Assembly: GCA_038891035.1 (NCBI GenBank)
Contig: JAWAEW010000004.1
Span: 4,728 to 68,727 of the forward strand
Source of the DNA: Candidatus Anstonellaceae archaeon
GTDB taxonomy: Archaea; Micrarchaeota; Micrarchaeia; Anstonellales; Anstonellaceae
Direction: 5' to 3'
DNA: 64,000 bases
Made by a program: the position numbers and the translations under genes. Shown here one piece after another: positions 54,614 to 63,833 of the stretch. A model generated the notes under the pieces. It had not been told where the DNA came from. It did not search any database and saw only the letters and a program-made list of their open reading frames with translations. How positions within the stretch are numbered: position 1 is the stretch's first letter; the number at the start of each line of letters is the position of its first letter.

Positions 54614-55141
54614 TCATTCCACTTTCCTTATTTTAAGATAAGGCGAAATCCAGTTGTAAAATTCAAACCCAAAAACCACAAGCTTTCCCCTTTCCTTCTT
54701 AACCCTAAACCCAAGCCTCAAAAGCACAATCTCATCAGTTGCATCCCCTTCAAAATAGCAGATCTTTCCATTTTCATTTTCCAAAACTGCACCTGTGCAG
54801 TCAAACAAGCCTGCAAAATAGGATGCGGCAAATTCATTTTTGTATTTGAGCCTCTCCTGTCTCTTTTCAAGCTCTTGCTGAAGCCATGCTCGCACTGCGC
54901 TATTGTAAAAGTAGCATTTCTTGCCACTTTCTTGGTCATATTTTATCTTATTTGGCTGGGCGAGGCCTTCATCCAAGCAGATTTTGATAAATACCTCGCA
55001 GAGCTGCTGGCTCCCCTCCACTCCAACCCCTTCCTTCGTTTTTCTGCCTTTCCACAGCCCTAAGATATAAGCTCTGGCAGGATTCATTACAAGCTTCATG
55101 CAAAAATAGCTGCAGGCAAAATTAAATAGCATTTTATACAT
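54614..55141 (-). CDS. degenerate LAGLIDADG-like protein (start uncertain; ATG at 55087 plausible)
   Basis: Two LAGLIDADG-like blocks lie about 80 aa apart: AYILGLWKGRKTKEG and SYFAGLFDCTGAV. The acidic catalytic positions are largely replaced. Preferred over the overlapping + strand ORF 54548-55063. Confidence 0.45.
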   Translation of the reverse strand: MYKMLFNFACSYFCMKLVMNPARAYILGLWKGRKTKEGVGVEGSQQLCEVFIKICLDEGLAQPNKIKYDQESGKKCYFYNSAVRAWLQQELEKRQERLKYKNEFAASYFAGLFDCTGAVLENENGKICYFEGDATDEIVLLRLGFRVKKERGKLVVFGFEFYNWISPYLKIRKVE

Positions 55142-55160
55142 TTATGCATATCAATTTCTT

Positions 55161-57584
55161 ATGCCCCCAACATATTCTGAGCACGGGCAAACTCTTCAAA
55201 GCTCTTGTTCTTTGCTGATAAATCAAATAGACTCAGAGCTAACAAAATCCCAGCAAACAGGCTCACCTGCATACAAGAATACTCTTGCCAAAATCAAGGA
55301 TGAGTTAAGCAAACTTGACTTTTCCAAGGTCGATGCTTCAAATAGGCAAAATTATGAGAGGCTGCTTGCCTCATATAAGCTGCTTTTTTATCTGCTGAAG
55401 CTAAGGCAGGAATATTTACAGTCCAATGACAATGGATTTGTCATGATGAAAAATCAGAGAAATTTTGAGGCTAGCCTGAACGTGCTTTGCGACAATCTGC
55501 TTCCTTCCTTAGTTTCTTCTGCCACCAAGTCTTTGTCAGATGGCGTCTTTTTTGCTCCACAGAATCTTCATCAAAGAATCATGTCAAATGTGGTGATTGC
55601 GTTTTCCGGTCCTCGTAGAAGCTCTATAAGCCCGCAAGAGGTTGCAGATGCGCTTCATACTTTAGGAATGCAGGATTTTTCAGGTGAGTATTTTTTCGAG
55701 CGCCCACGAGGAAGAAATTTCAGCGGAGTGTGGAAAGAGGCAACAGAATTTGTGGATTATGCGATAATGTACGGAAGCGGCAAAGTGAAGGAAAGCAAAT
55801 CAGTGCAGATTGCAAGGACCACCATTCACGACTTTTTCAAGGATACATCACTTTCAATAGGTGAAAGATATGCATTCTACCTCTCACTCGTCGAGCTTTT
55901 CTCCAAATCCTCAACCCTTGCCTACAAGATAATTGCACAAGCAGATGGAGCAACTCCAAAAGAAAAGCTCCTTAATGCATTTGCCGACTTCAATCAAACA
56001 TATGGAAATAGATACGGTACTATCTCACTTCCAGATGCTAATTTGGGCGCATTGCATAATGTAAGCACTACATTCTATTCTTCCTTGCAGGAATTCAAGC
56101 AGCAAAACAGCGCAAGTCTTGCTTCACTCTTTGGGGAAAATCCAGATGGGAAATTTGATGCATATATAGATACTAATTTCAGGGTAAATCAAGAAGGTCC
56201 AAATAAAGGAAAATACTCGGTTGATCTTCTTAATTCTGCCCTTGCAAGGCTGAATACCGCTTCAAATTATTACTATTCAACCTTAATTTCAGAATTTGCA
56301 GGCCCTGCTCAAAATGGCAGCTGGATGATAAACGGCAGATCAGTTCAGGATTTGAATGGCAACAATAAAATAGATGCGTTTGAGCTTCTTCCAGTATTTT
56401 CTGAGGACGAGTTGAAATCCACTGCAAGCTCTCTTTTCCAGAAAAGATTGACCTTTTTTCAGCAGTACGTCTCAAACCTAAATCAGCTGATAAATAAATT
56501 AAAAACCTTCAATCCAGAAGCCAATGGCAAAGAAGAAGCAACCTCAAGAATGGCAATTTTAGTAAGTGCAGGCTTTTTTGAAGAAATTACTCAAGAAACC
56601 TATGAAAGTTTGCAAGACAAATCACCTGCATTTAAGCTTGGTGATAAATATTATCAGCTTACAGAAGTTGGCAAGCAGGCAATCAATCAAATCGATGCAA
56701 GCCAAGATCAAACAAAATATGCAACTGCAGTTAAGCAAGTTAAGGACGGACTTGATGAAAGACTTATTTCTAATGGCAAGATGAAGGAAAAGTATGCCTG
56801 GCTTGGCAACCTCATTCTTTTTGTAAAAGAACAGCTTTCTCCCTTCTCACAAGAGCCTTACTGGATTAAAGGCGATGAAACAAAAGGAACCGAGCAAAGA
56901 AAATCCATATATCAGCAGTCACTGTTGGATGTAAACAAAATAAACAACCTTTCAGAAGAGTACAGCCCATCTTCTATCTTTGAGCTTGCCTTTTACAATG
57001 CTTCCAAGCAGCAGCCAGATTTGAATTTGCAAAATCATCTGTTTTATAAAAATGGGAACACACAGACCCCTCGTACCAGCGAAGAGCTTAAAGCTTTGTC
57101 TGCAAGGCTTGCGAACTCAGAATTAAATTCGCAATCATTAATCCAGAAGATCAAATCATTTGATTCAGGTGAAATCCAAAAAGAAGAAAACCAACAAAGA
57201 ACAGACCAGGAAAACTCGCAACAGATTAGCCAAACCATCCCAGAATCATTTTTAACCTCACTAAATGAGGCACAAAGACTGCTTGGCAATCAACTGCAAA
57301 CAATTAGAAAGTATTTGAATGATGACATGACCATTAAGGAGGAATATACAAAGACAGAAAACAACCAGCTAGTGCTCGACGAATCAAAATTCGAGCCTGA
57401 CGAATATCTTCGTCTGCTTGCTTATATTAACCTAAGTACTAATGTTGCATATATGATAAACAAATATTTTGAGATATCTCAGTCGAAAGTAATGCCTAAA
57501 AGCGGGGTAACTTTTGACTCTGCAGACCAGCAGACATTAAACGAATCACTCAAGTTTTTCAAGGATCATTTTCCTGAGCAATAA
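55161..57584 (+). CDS. orphan large protein (807 aa), Q/N/S/K-rich, no signal peptide
   Basis: Long ORF with coherent coding character. Composition resembles the 40126-42666 product. No domain recognised. Confidence 0.75.
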   Translation: MPPTYSEHGQTLQSSCSLLINQIDSELTKSQQTGSPAYKNTLAKIKDELSKLDFSKVDASNRQNYERLLASYKLLFYLLKLRQEYLQSNDNGFVMMKNQRNFEASLNVLCDNLLPSLVSSATKSLSDGVFFAPQNLHQRIMSNVVIAFSGPRRSSISPQEVADALHTLGMQDFSGEYFFERPRGRNFSGVWKEATEFVDYAIMYGSGKVKESKSVQIARTTIHDFFKDTSLSIGERYAFYLSLVELFSKSSTLAYKIIAQADGATPKEKLLNAFADFNQTYGNRYGTISLPDANLGALHNVSTTFYSSLQEFKQQNSASLASLFGENPDGKFDAYIDTNFRVNQEGPNKGKYSVDLLNSALARLNTASNYYYSTLISEFAGPAQNGSWMINGRSVQDLNGNNKIDAFELLPVFSEDELKSTASSLFQKRLTFFQQYVSNLNQLINKLKTFNPEANGKEEATSRMAILVSAGFFEEITQETYESLQDKSPAFKLGDKYYQLTEVGKQAINQIDASQDQTKYATAVKQVKDGLDERLISNGKMKEKYAWLGNLILFVKEQLSPFSQEPYWIKGDETKGTEQRKSIYQQSLLDVNKINNLSEEYSPSSIFELAFYNASKQQPDLNLQNHLFYKNGNTQTPRTSEELKALSARLANSELNSQSLIQKIKSFDSGEIQKEENQQRTDQENSQQISQTIPESFLTSLNEAQRLLGNQLQTIRKYLNDDMTIKEEYTKTENNQLVLDESKFEPDEYLRLLAYINLSTNVAYMINKYFEISQSKVMPKSGVTFDSADQQTLNESLKFFKDHFPEQ

Positions 57585-57585
57585 C

Positions 57586-58500
57586 TCAGCTTCCAAATTT
57601 CGGTCCATCGCGTTGCCACCTATCATCGGGCTCGGCATGAATTAAAACCTCGCTTATTGATGGAAAGCTCTTGCGCAGTCTTGCTTTGACTTTTCTGCAA
57701 ACTTCATGCGCTTTTTTGATGTTCATCCTTGGAGAAAGCTGGATGTGAACATCCAGCTGGATTTTGCCAGAAGCGCTGCGCGCCCTCATTTTGTGAAAAG
57801 ATCGCACTCCCTTTACTTTCATTATTTCGCGACCATACTTTTCCAGCTGTGCAAGAGGAGGGCTTTGGTCAGTAAGTTCAGCAATTGTTTCCTTGCCAAC
57901 TTCAACCACGAGTCTGTACATAAACAATGCTACAACAACTGCGACCAGAGGATCAAGCCAATATACGCCCCACATGCTTGCCACTAGTCCAAAAAGCACT
58001 AAGCTGTTTTGTGCTATATCGCTTGTGTAGTTGCCCAAAAATGCAGAGATTGCAGGTGTTTTGCTTGCAGTCTTTTTGATATACCAAACCAAAACTATAT
58101 CCACTATTACAGTTATTAGAGCAAGCAATATTTCTACTGCTCCAACTGCAAGGACTTTCCCCTCGATCAGCCTCTTTATCGCCTCAATCAAAATCCAGCT
58201 TGCAGCAGCGGCAATCAGCGCAAGTTGAGCAATCGATGCAAGGGCATCATATTTCCCATGCCCAAAGTGATGATCCACATCAGCAGGTGCATTTGCCTGC
58301 CTTATTCCAATATACGCAAATGCATTCCCAAGCAGATCAAATAATGAATCAACCAACACTGCAAATACTGCAATCGAGCCAGTAAGTGCTAAAACTGCTG
58401 CTTTGATTAAAATGAGGAAAACGTTTGCAACAAATACCACACTTATTGTGCGCAAATTTCGCATTGCAAAGATTTTTGCCGCACAGTATTTATTTTGCAC
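57586..58500 (-). CDS. cation diffusion facilitator (CDF) family metal efflux transporter
   Basis: ..NVFLILIKAAVLALTGSIAVFAVLVDSLFDLL.., ..DHHFGHGKYD.., and a C-terminal cytoplasmic domain. Confidence 0.85.
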   Translation of the reverse strand: MQNKYCAAKIFAMRNLRTISVVFVANVFLILIKAAVLALTGSIAVFAVLVDSLFDLLGNAFAYIGIRQANAPADVDHHFGHGKYDALASIAQLALIAAAASWILIEAIKRLIEGKVLAVGAVEILLALITVIVDIVLVWYIKKTASKTPAISAFLGNYTSDIAQNSLVLFGLVASMWGVYWLDPLVAVVVALFMYRLVVEVGKETIAELTDQSPPLAQLEKYGREIMKVKGVRSFHKMRARSASGKIQLDVHIQLSPRMNIKKAHEVCRKVKARLRKSFPSISEVLIHAEPDDRWQRDGPKFGS

Positions 58501-59152
58501 GCTTCAGGCGAAAACCGCAACAGAGACAAAAAAGCCTCACCCCTTGCTTCAAGACGCTCCATTCTTTATTGGAGGTGATCTATCCGCAGGTTCCCCTACG
58601 GATACCTTGTTACGACTTAGCCCCCCTCACCTATCTTTGGTTCGACAGCGCCAAGAAGCGCCGCCTCACCAAAAACAAGCTTGGGTGACTTGACGGGCGG
58701 TGTGTGCAAGGAGCGGGGACGTATTCACCGCTCGATGATGACAAGCGATTACTAGGGATTCCAGCTTCATGAGGGCGGGTTTCAGCCCTCAATCCGAACT
58801 TAGACCAAGTTTGTGGGATTAGCTTCCCCTTTCGGGGTCGCAGCCCATTGTCTTGGCCATTGTATGCCACGTGTAGCCCGTGAGATTCAGGCCATACTGA
58901 CCTACCGTCGCCCCCTCCTTCCTCCCACTTAACGCGGGCAGTCTGAACAGGGTGCATCTCCCCCGGAGGGGAAATTAGCAACTGTTCACGAGGGTCTCGC
59001 TCGTTACTCGACTTAACGAGACAGTTCGCACCACGAGCTGACGATGGCCATGCAGCACCTCTCGGCTCGTCTAGCAAGATCTTTAGTCTGGCCTTCATCC
59101 TACCGTCGCTCACGGTAATATTCCTGGCGTTGTATCCAATTGAACCGCAGCA

Positions 59153-59195
<43 letters not shown>

Positions 59196-59377
59196 ACCTT
59201 GCGGCCGTACTCCCCAGGTGGCAGACTTAACACCTACGCTACAGCACTACAGTGGCCCGAAGCCACTGTAACACCACAGTCTGCATGATTTACTGCTAGG
59301 GCTACTCGGGTATCTAATCCGATTCGTTCTCCTAGCCTTCGACCCTCACTGTCAGACGCGTTTTGGTCAGGCGCCTT

Positions 59378-59420
59378 GGAGGTTTGCCAACCATCTGCTA
59401 AAAGTTGGTTGTCAAACTTT
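59378..59420 (-). other. 43-nt insertion in 16S (between GGCGA and AGGCGCC of the ~720 region)
   Basis: The canonical ..cgccttcgccactggtgg.. is interrupted. The insert folds as a 10-bp hairpin (GUUUGACAACC / GGUUGGCAAAC) with one mismatch. Confidence 0.7.
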
Positions 59421-59622
59421 CGCCACTGGTGGTCCTTACAGGATCAACTGATTTTACCCATACCCCGTAAGTACCCCTGACCTCCCCCGCTCTCAAGCCC
59501 ACCAGTATCCACTGCGCGCCTTGAGGTTGAGCCACAAGATTTCACAGTGGACTTAGAGGGCCAGCTACGGTCTCTTTAGACCCAATATTCGTGGACACCA
59601 CTCGTTCTGCCAGTATTACCGC

Positions 59623-59650
59623 GTACCGTGCGCCGATGCGAAAAGCGCAT
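59623..59650 (-). other. 28-nt insertion inside the universal 515 primer site of 16S
   Basis: Sense reads GUGCCAGCCGCC[AUGCGCUUUUCGCAUCGGCGCACGGUAC]GCGGUAAUAC, against the canonical GUGCCAGCCGCCGCGGUAAUAC. Boundaries are ambiguous by about 2 nt. Confidence 0.75.
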
Positions 59651-59758
59651 GGCGGCTGGCACTGGTCTTACCCAGAACTTATTCTGCGAACTTTTTAGGT
59701 TCGCCAAAAGACAGTCGACATAAGCCGGCTGCCACTCAGAGTCCCCCTATCACGCTTT

Positions 59759-59806
59759 TGCACCATGCAAAGCAGGATGCAAATTGCAAAGCCTGCTTTG
59801 CATGTT
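59759..59806 (-). other. 48-nt insertion in 16S (within ACAAUGCGCGAAAGCGUGA region)
   Basis: Contains a perfect 13-bp inverted repeat, catgcaaagcagg (59764-59776) / cctgctttgcatg (59792-59804), around an internally palindromic loop. Confidence 0.75.
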
Positions 59807-60390
59807 CGCGCATTGTAGAGGTTTCGCGCCTGCTGCATCCCGTAGGACTAGGGCCCTTGTCTCAGTGCCCTTCTCGGGGCTCCAACTCCCATTGCCCCTA
59901 CTGATTATCGGCTTGGTGAGCCGTTACCTCACCAACTACCTAATCAGAAGCAGTCTCATCCTTCGGCGGACGCGCTCCATTTCACGCGCCTTTTGACCTA
60001 TCAAGCATTCCAGCATAGATAGGCTATCTGGAATTAGCCTCAGTTTCCCGAGGGTGTTCCAGTCCGAAGGGCAGATTGACTACTCGTTACTGAGCCGTAC
60101 ACCGTCCGGCGAAGTCGCCGGGCAGATTTGCATGGCTTAGTCGTACTCTGATAGCAGTGTCCTCCAGCAGGATCAACTGGAGTCGGTCTTGCAAGTGGAA
60201 TTGCGGTAAAGCACTTCCTTGTCTCTGTTTTGTCTGTTCCCTGAAGCGTGCGTCGAACGCGAAAGAATCGCATTCCCATTGAAAGCATTCGCTGATGCTT
60301 AAAGTTTCGGTGTGCCACAAAGGCATCAGCAAACTTTTGGCCATCAGCCGTATTCGGCTGATGAAAATGCGCAACTCCTATCTTTGCCCA

Positions 60391-60410
60391 AAAGCATTTA
60401 TAAATCTTTT
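60391..60410 (-). promoter_or_regulatory. TATA-like box upstream of the 16S leader
   Basis: aaagcatttataaatctttt contains the palindromic tttataaa about 210 nt upstream of the mature 16S 5' end. It sits immediately after the histidine kinase stop. Confidence 0.4.
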
Positions 60411-60412
60411 TC

Positions 60413-61591
60413 CTATACAGGCAAAGTCACAGTTACCGTAGTCCCTTTAAGGACTTCTGATTCAGCGCTGATGCTTCCGTGCAAGGCTGCAACTATCTTT
60501 TTGACTAGGTTCAGCCCGAGCCCATGGCCCCTCTCCTTGAAAGTTCCTAATGTTGAGACGCTGCTAGTTTCGTTTCCGAAGATCTGGGCAAGCCTTTCTT
60601 TGGTCATCCCGACACCGTTGTCAATCACTCTTATTTTGACATGTCCATCGTTCTTTTCCGCCTCCACTCTTATCTTTCCTTCATGATTTGTGAATTTAAC
60701 AGCATTTGAAAGAAGATTCCTTACGATTGTACCTACAATCGCAGAATCAGAATGCAATATAATTTCTTCAGGCACTGCATTGTCGAAATGAATCTTTTTT
60801 TGGCTGTGTTTATGCAAATCTATCTGCTGTTGGACAATAGTCCTTAATGGTGCATCTTCATTTTGTGCCTGGCCCTTTTTTATTTTGTACCAAAGAAGGA
60901 CATCGGAAAGCACTTCGTTTGCTTCCTCGACTTGCTTGTAGATAGATTCAGCAAATATCTTTATTGTATCTGACCTGAGTTCATCGATTTCTTCAGCCAT
61001 CATCTGAGACATCCCAAGTATGCCATTGAAAAGATTTTTCAGGTCATGTCCTATAACCCCTATTGCAATATCCTCAAAAACAGCCTCTTGCTCAAGATTT
61101 TTCAAATCCTCCTGAAGCCTTTGGATTTTTTCCTTCAGCTGCGTGATTTCAAAAATCAAAACCAAATGGCAGCTTTTCTGCCAGCAATCAAGTTTCCTCA
61201 CTTCTATAAGAAAATCACCTCTACCGCTTCTTGCAGTTTTGATTCCTTCATCCTTCAATTTTTCAAAATTCAGTTGCTGTTCATGCGTTTTGCCCTCTTG
61301 TTTTAGAAGAAAAGAAAAATCAATTATGCAGGAATCTTTTTCAATTCCAAAAAGCCTCTTGCAGCTTCTGTTTGCATAAACAAACGCTCCTTCCTCATAA
61401 ACTTGAACTGCGACAGGGAGTTTTTCAAGTCCTGCCCAATTATTTTCCAGCTTTTTTTCCAATGCTTCAGCAGCAAAATAAAGCTTAGGGTGAATAAGTT
61501 TTTGATAAAACTTGTAAAATCCCCCTCTTTCCTTTGCCTTAGAGTAGGAAGTATGATAGTAATTCTCAACCTTTTCAAGTTTAGTCTTCAT
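60413..61591 (-). CDS. sensor histidine kinase (cytoplasmic, 392 aa)
   Basis: H box GHDLKNLFNGILGMSQMM, N box RNLLSNAVKFT, G1 DNGVGM, G2 GHGLGLNLV. The N-terminal region is PAS-like or coiled-coil. Confidence 0.85.
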   Translation of the reverse strand: MKTKLEKVENYYHTSYSKAKERGGFYKFYQKLIHPKLYFAAEALEKKLENNWAGLEKLPVAVQVYEEGAFVYANRSCKRLFGIEKDSCIIDFSFLLKQEGKTHEQQLNFEKLKDEGIKTARSGRGDFLIEVRKLDCWQKSCHLVLIFEITQLKEKIQRLQEDLKNLEQEAVFEDIAIGVIGHDLKNLFNGILGMSQMMAEEIDELRSDTIKIFAESIYKQVEEANEVLSDVLLWYKIKKGQAQNEDAPLRTIVQQQIDLHKHSQKKIHFDNAVPEEIILHSDSAIVGTIVRNLLSNAVKFTNHEGKIRVEAEKNDGHVKIRVIDNGVGMTKERLAQIFGNETSSVSTLGTFKERGHGLGLNLVKKIVAALHGSISAESEVLKGTTVTVTLPV

Positions 61592-61655
61592 ATTTCCACT
61601 ATGTCAAACTTAATCAAAACTTGATTATCTCATTTTGGAAGAAATGTTTATTAGG

Positions 61656-62954
61656 CTATGGTTTTATCCGCACTCTATCTCTTGGAAACACAACCGCTTC
61701 TCGTATATTGCGAAGGCCGCAAATCTTCATAGTCAGCCTGTCCAACCCTATTGACCATCCTGCATGGGGTGGCGCACCGCTTCTGAACGCATTTACATAA
61801 AACTCAAATGCCGCAGGAGAAAGGCCGCGCTTTTTTAGTTGCTCCACCAGCAAGTCTGCCTTGTGCACCCTTTGCGCCCCAGAAGAAATTTCCAACCCTT
61901 CAAAATTCAAATCATAAGCATAACATATTTTTGGGTCATTTTCAGCAGGCATGGAATAAAATGGCCTAATTGCAGATGGCCACTCTGTAATGAAGTATGT
62001 GGAATAACCCAAAATTTCAGAAAGCTGTTCCTCTACTGCTCTGCTGAAATCCTGGCCCCATTCAAACTGCACCCCATTACTTTGGAGTTTTTCCACAAGC
62101 TGACTGTAGGTGTGCCTCGGAATTGAAGAAGGAACCTCAAGATTTCTTCCAAGCACCGCAAGCTCCTCTTGGCAGTCCTTGCGAACCTTTTCCAAAATAT
62201 AAAGCACAACTTCCTCCAAAGCATCAACTGCATCCTTGTGGTCTGCAAATGCAATTTCAAGATCCATCTGATAAGCTTCATTCAAATGTGTAAGTGTGTT
62301 GTGCTTCTCTGCCCTAAAGACAGGTACAGTCATATAGACTCTGTCCATGCCACCAATTATTGCAAGCTGCTTGTAAAGCTGCGGAGATTGGACCAAAAAA
62401 GCTTCTTTTTCAAAATACTGCACTTTGAAAAGGTCCGCCCCGCCTTCAGTAGCAGCCTCTACTATAGTGGGTGGATGAAGCTCCACAGCCCCCATCTGCT
62501 GGCATTTTTCACGAAAAGCCTGCGCAGCCCTGCTTCTTATTTTAAATATTGCAAAAGTATTGGGTCTTCTCAAATCAATGTAGCGATGATCTAGTCTTAC
62601 ATCAAGCTCTGCACTAACTTGCCCAGTCACGTCTATAGGCAGCTTGCCTTGTATTTGGTTAAGCACCAATATCTTGGAAGGGATTAGCTCGCATCCTGCC
62701 TCTGCTATCTTGCTTTCAACTACGGTCCCTTCAACGCAGATTACTGTTTCTTTTGGTAGGTCCATGCGTGCCAAAACCTCTTCAGGCTCTCTTCCTGCCT
62801 TTGCAGTAACCTGGATTATGCCTGTATGGTCGCGAACCTGCAAAAATCGCAATTTCCCCAAATTGCGGGCCTCATGAACCCAGCCAGCAATCTTGACTTG
62901 CTTGCCTATGCTTTGCTTTGCTTGCGCAACAAAATGGGTGCGGTACATTATCAT
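61656..62954 (-). CDS. aspS: aspartyl-tRNA synthetase (archaeal type)
   Basis: Has an N-terminal OB domain (..[26 protein letters not shown]..) and class II motifs (..FRAE.., ..[14 protein letters not shown]..). Confidence 0.92.
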   Translation of the reverse strand: MIMYRTHFVAQAKQSIGKQVKIAGWVHEARNLGKLRFLQVRDHTGIIQVTAKAGREPEEVLARMDLPKETVICVEGTVVESKIAEAGCELIPSKILVLNQIQGKLPIDVTGQVSAELDVRLDHRYIDLRRPNTFAIFKIRSRAAQAFREKCQQMGAVELHPPTIVEAATEGGADLFKVQYFEKEAFLVQSPQLYKQLAIIGGMDRVYMTVPVFRAEKHNTLTHLNEAYQMDLEIAFADHKDAVDALEEVVLYILEKVRKDCQEELAVLGRNLEVPSSIPRHTYSQLVEKLQSNGVQFEWGQDFSRAVEEQLSEILGYSTYFITEWPSAIRPFYSMPAENDPKICYAYDLNFEGLEISSGAQRVHKADLLVEQLKKRGLSPAAFEFYVNAFRSGAPPHAGWSIGLDRLTMKICGLRNIREAVVFPRDRVRIKP

Positions 62955-62989
62955 ACACCGCTTTGATTTGCTACTGCATTTTAATAAGT

Positions 62990-63487
62990 TTATTCAAACA
63001 CAAGCTTAACCTCTTCCTCAAGAAGCTGGCAAAGCACCCTCTCAAGAGTTTGCAGGTCAATCGGAAGGCGTGGCAAATCTTTTTTTGGCAGCCTAACTTT
63101 AGTAAATTCTTTACCTTGGCTGAATACTTTGTTTATCCCCAGCAAACGCACAGGTGAAATTATATCAGCAATTGTCTTTTTTACATCTCCTTGAGCCTCA
63201 GCAATCCGTACTTTCTTACCTAAAGCAGAAGAAATTTCTCCTACAACTTTTCCATCCTTACCTATAAGTAGACCTACTTCCCCTTCAGTAAGAATCAACA
63301 CCACCTTGCCTAAATCAAGCGCTTTGGTAAAGCTTGCATTGGTGATGTTGTGCTTTTCATTTATTTTGTAAAGGATCTGTGCTACCTCAAAATCAAGCTG
63401 AGTTATCTTTCCTGCCTGTAGCTTTTTTGCGCACAATGAGCAGAGGCTTCCGTTTATAGCATCTTGCTCGCAGACAGGAGTTTTCAT
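62990..63487 (-). CDS. KH-domain RNA-binding protein with N-terminal Cys4 knuckle (NusA-like)
   Basis: CEQD..CSLC at the N-terminus, plus the GxxG KH motif LLIGKDGKVVGEIS. Confidence 0.55.
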   Translation of the reverse strand: MKTPVCEQDAINGSLCSLCAKKLQAGKITQLDFEVAQILYKINEKHNITNASFTKALDLGKVVLILTEGEVGLLIGKDGKVVGEISSALGKKVRIAEAQGDVKKTIADIISPVRLLGINKVFSQGKEFTKVRLPKKDLPRLPIDLQTLERVLCQLLEEEVKLVFE

Positions 63488-63529
63488 CCTTCATCACCTG
63501 GCAGGTGATGGATACAGGTGAAGGATGAA

Positions 63530-63820
63530 TTACTTGGCCAATTTTATTTCTATTGCAGAAACCTTGCTTTTTGTGCCGTCTTCTGAATCAAGCTCCTCTG
63601 TTTTGGTGAGGATGCTTGCAATTTTTACATCCGGCAGGAATCTGTTGCGAACTATCTCCGCAACATCTACTGCGTGGGAAATTAGTTTCCCTCGCGCTTT
63701 GACATAAACTTCCTTGGCTCCGCTATTAAATTGCGTCACCACAGCAAGAACATATCCCATAGTGGATTTTTTCCCAATGTAAATGACATTGCTGTCTTTT
63801 TGTTGTGTTGTCTGTTCCAT
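63530..63820 (-). CDS. albA: chromatin protein Alba
   Basis: [43 protein letters not shown].. is a typical Alba sequence. Confidence 0.9.
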   Translation of the reverse strand: MEQTTQQKDSNVIYIGKKSTMGYVLAVVTQFNSGAKEVYVKARGKLISHAVDVAEIVRNRFLPDVKIASILTKTEELDSEDGTKSKVSAIEIKLAK

Positions 63821-63833
63821 TTATTCCACCTCG

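Noticed and set aside
54548-55063. 171-aa + strand ORF overlapping the LAGLIDADG-like ORF.
   Set aside because: Its translation is Phe/Leu/Cys/Lys-rich with no motif, whereas the opposite frame shows two LAGLIDADG-like blocks. The choice is kept at low confidence only.
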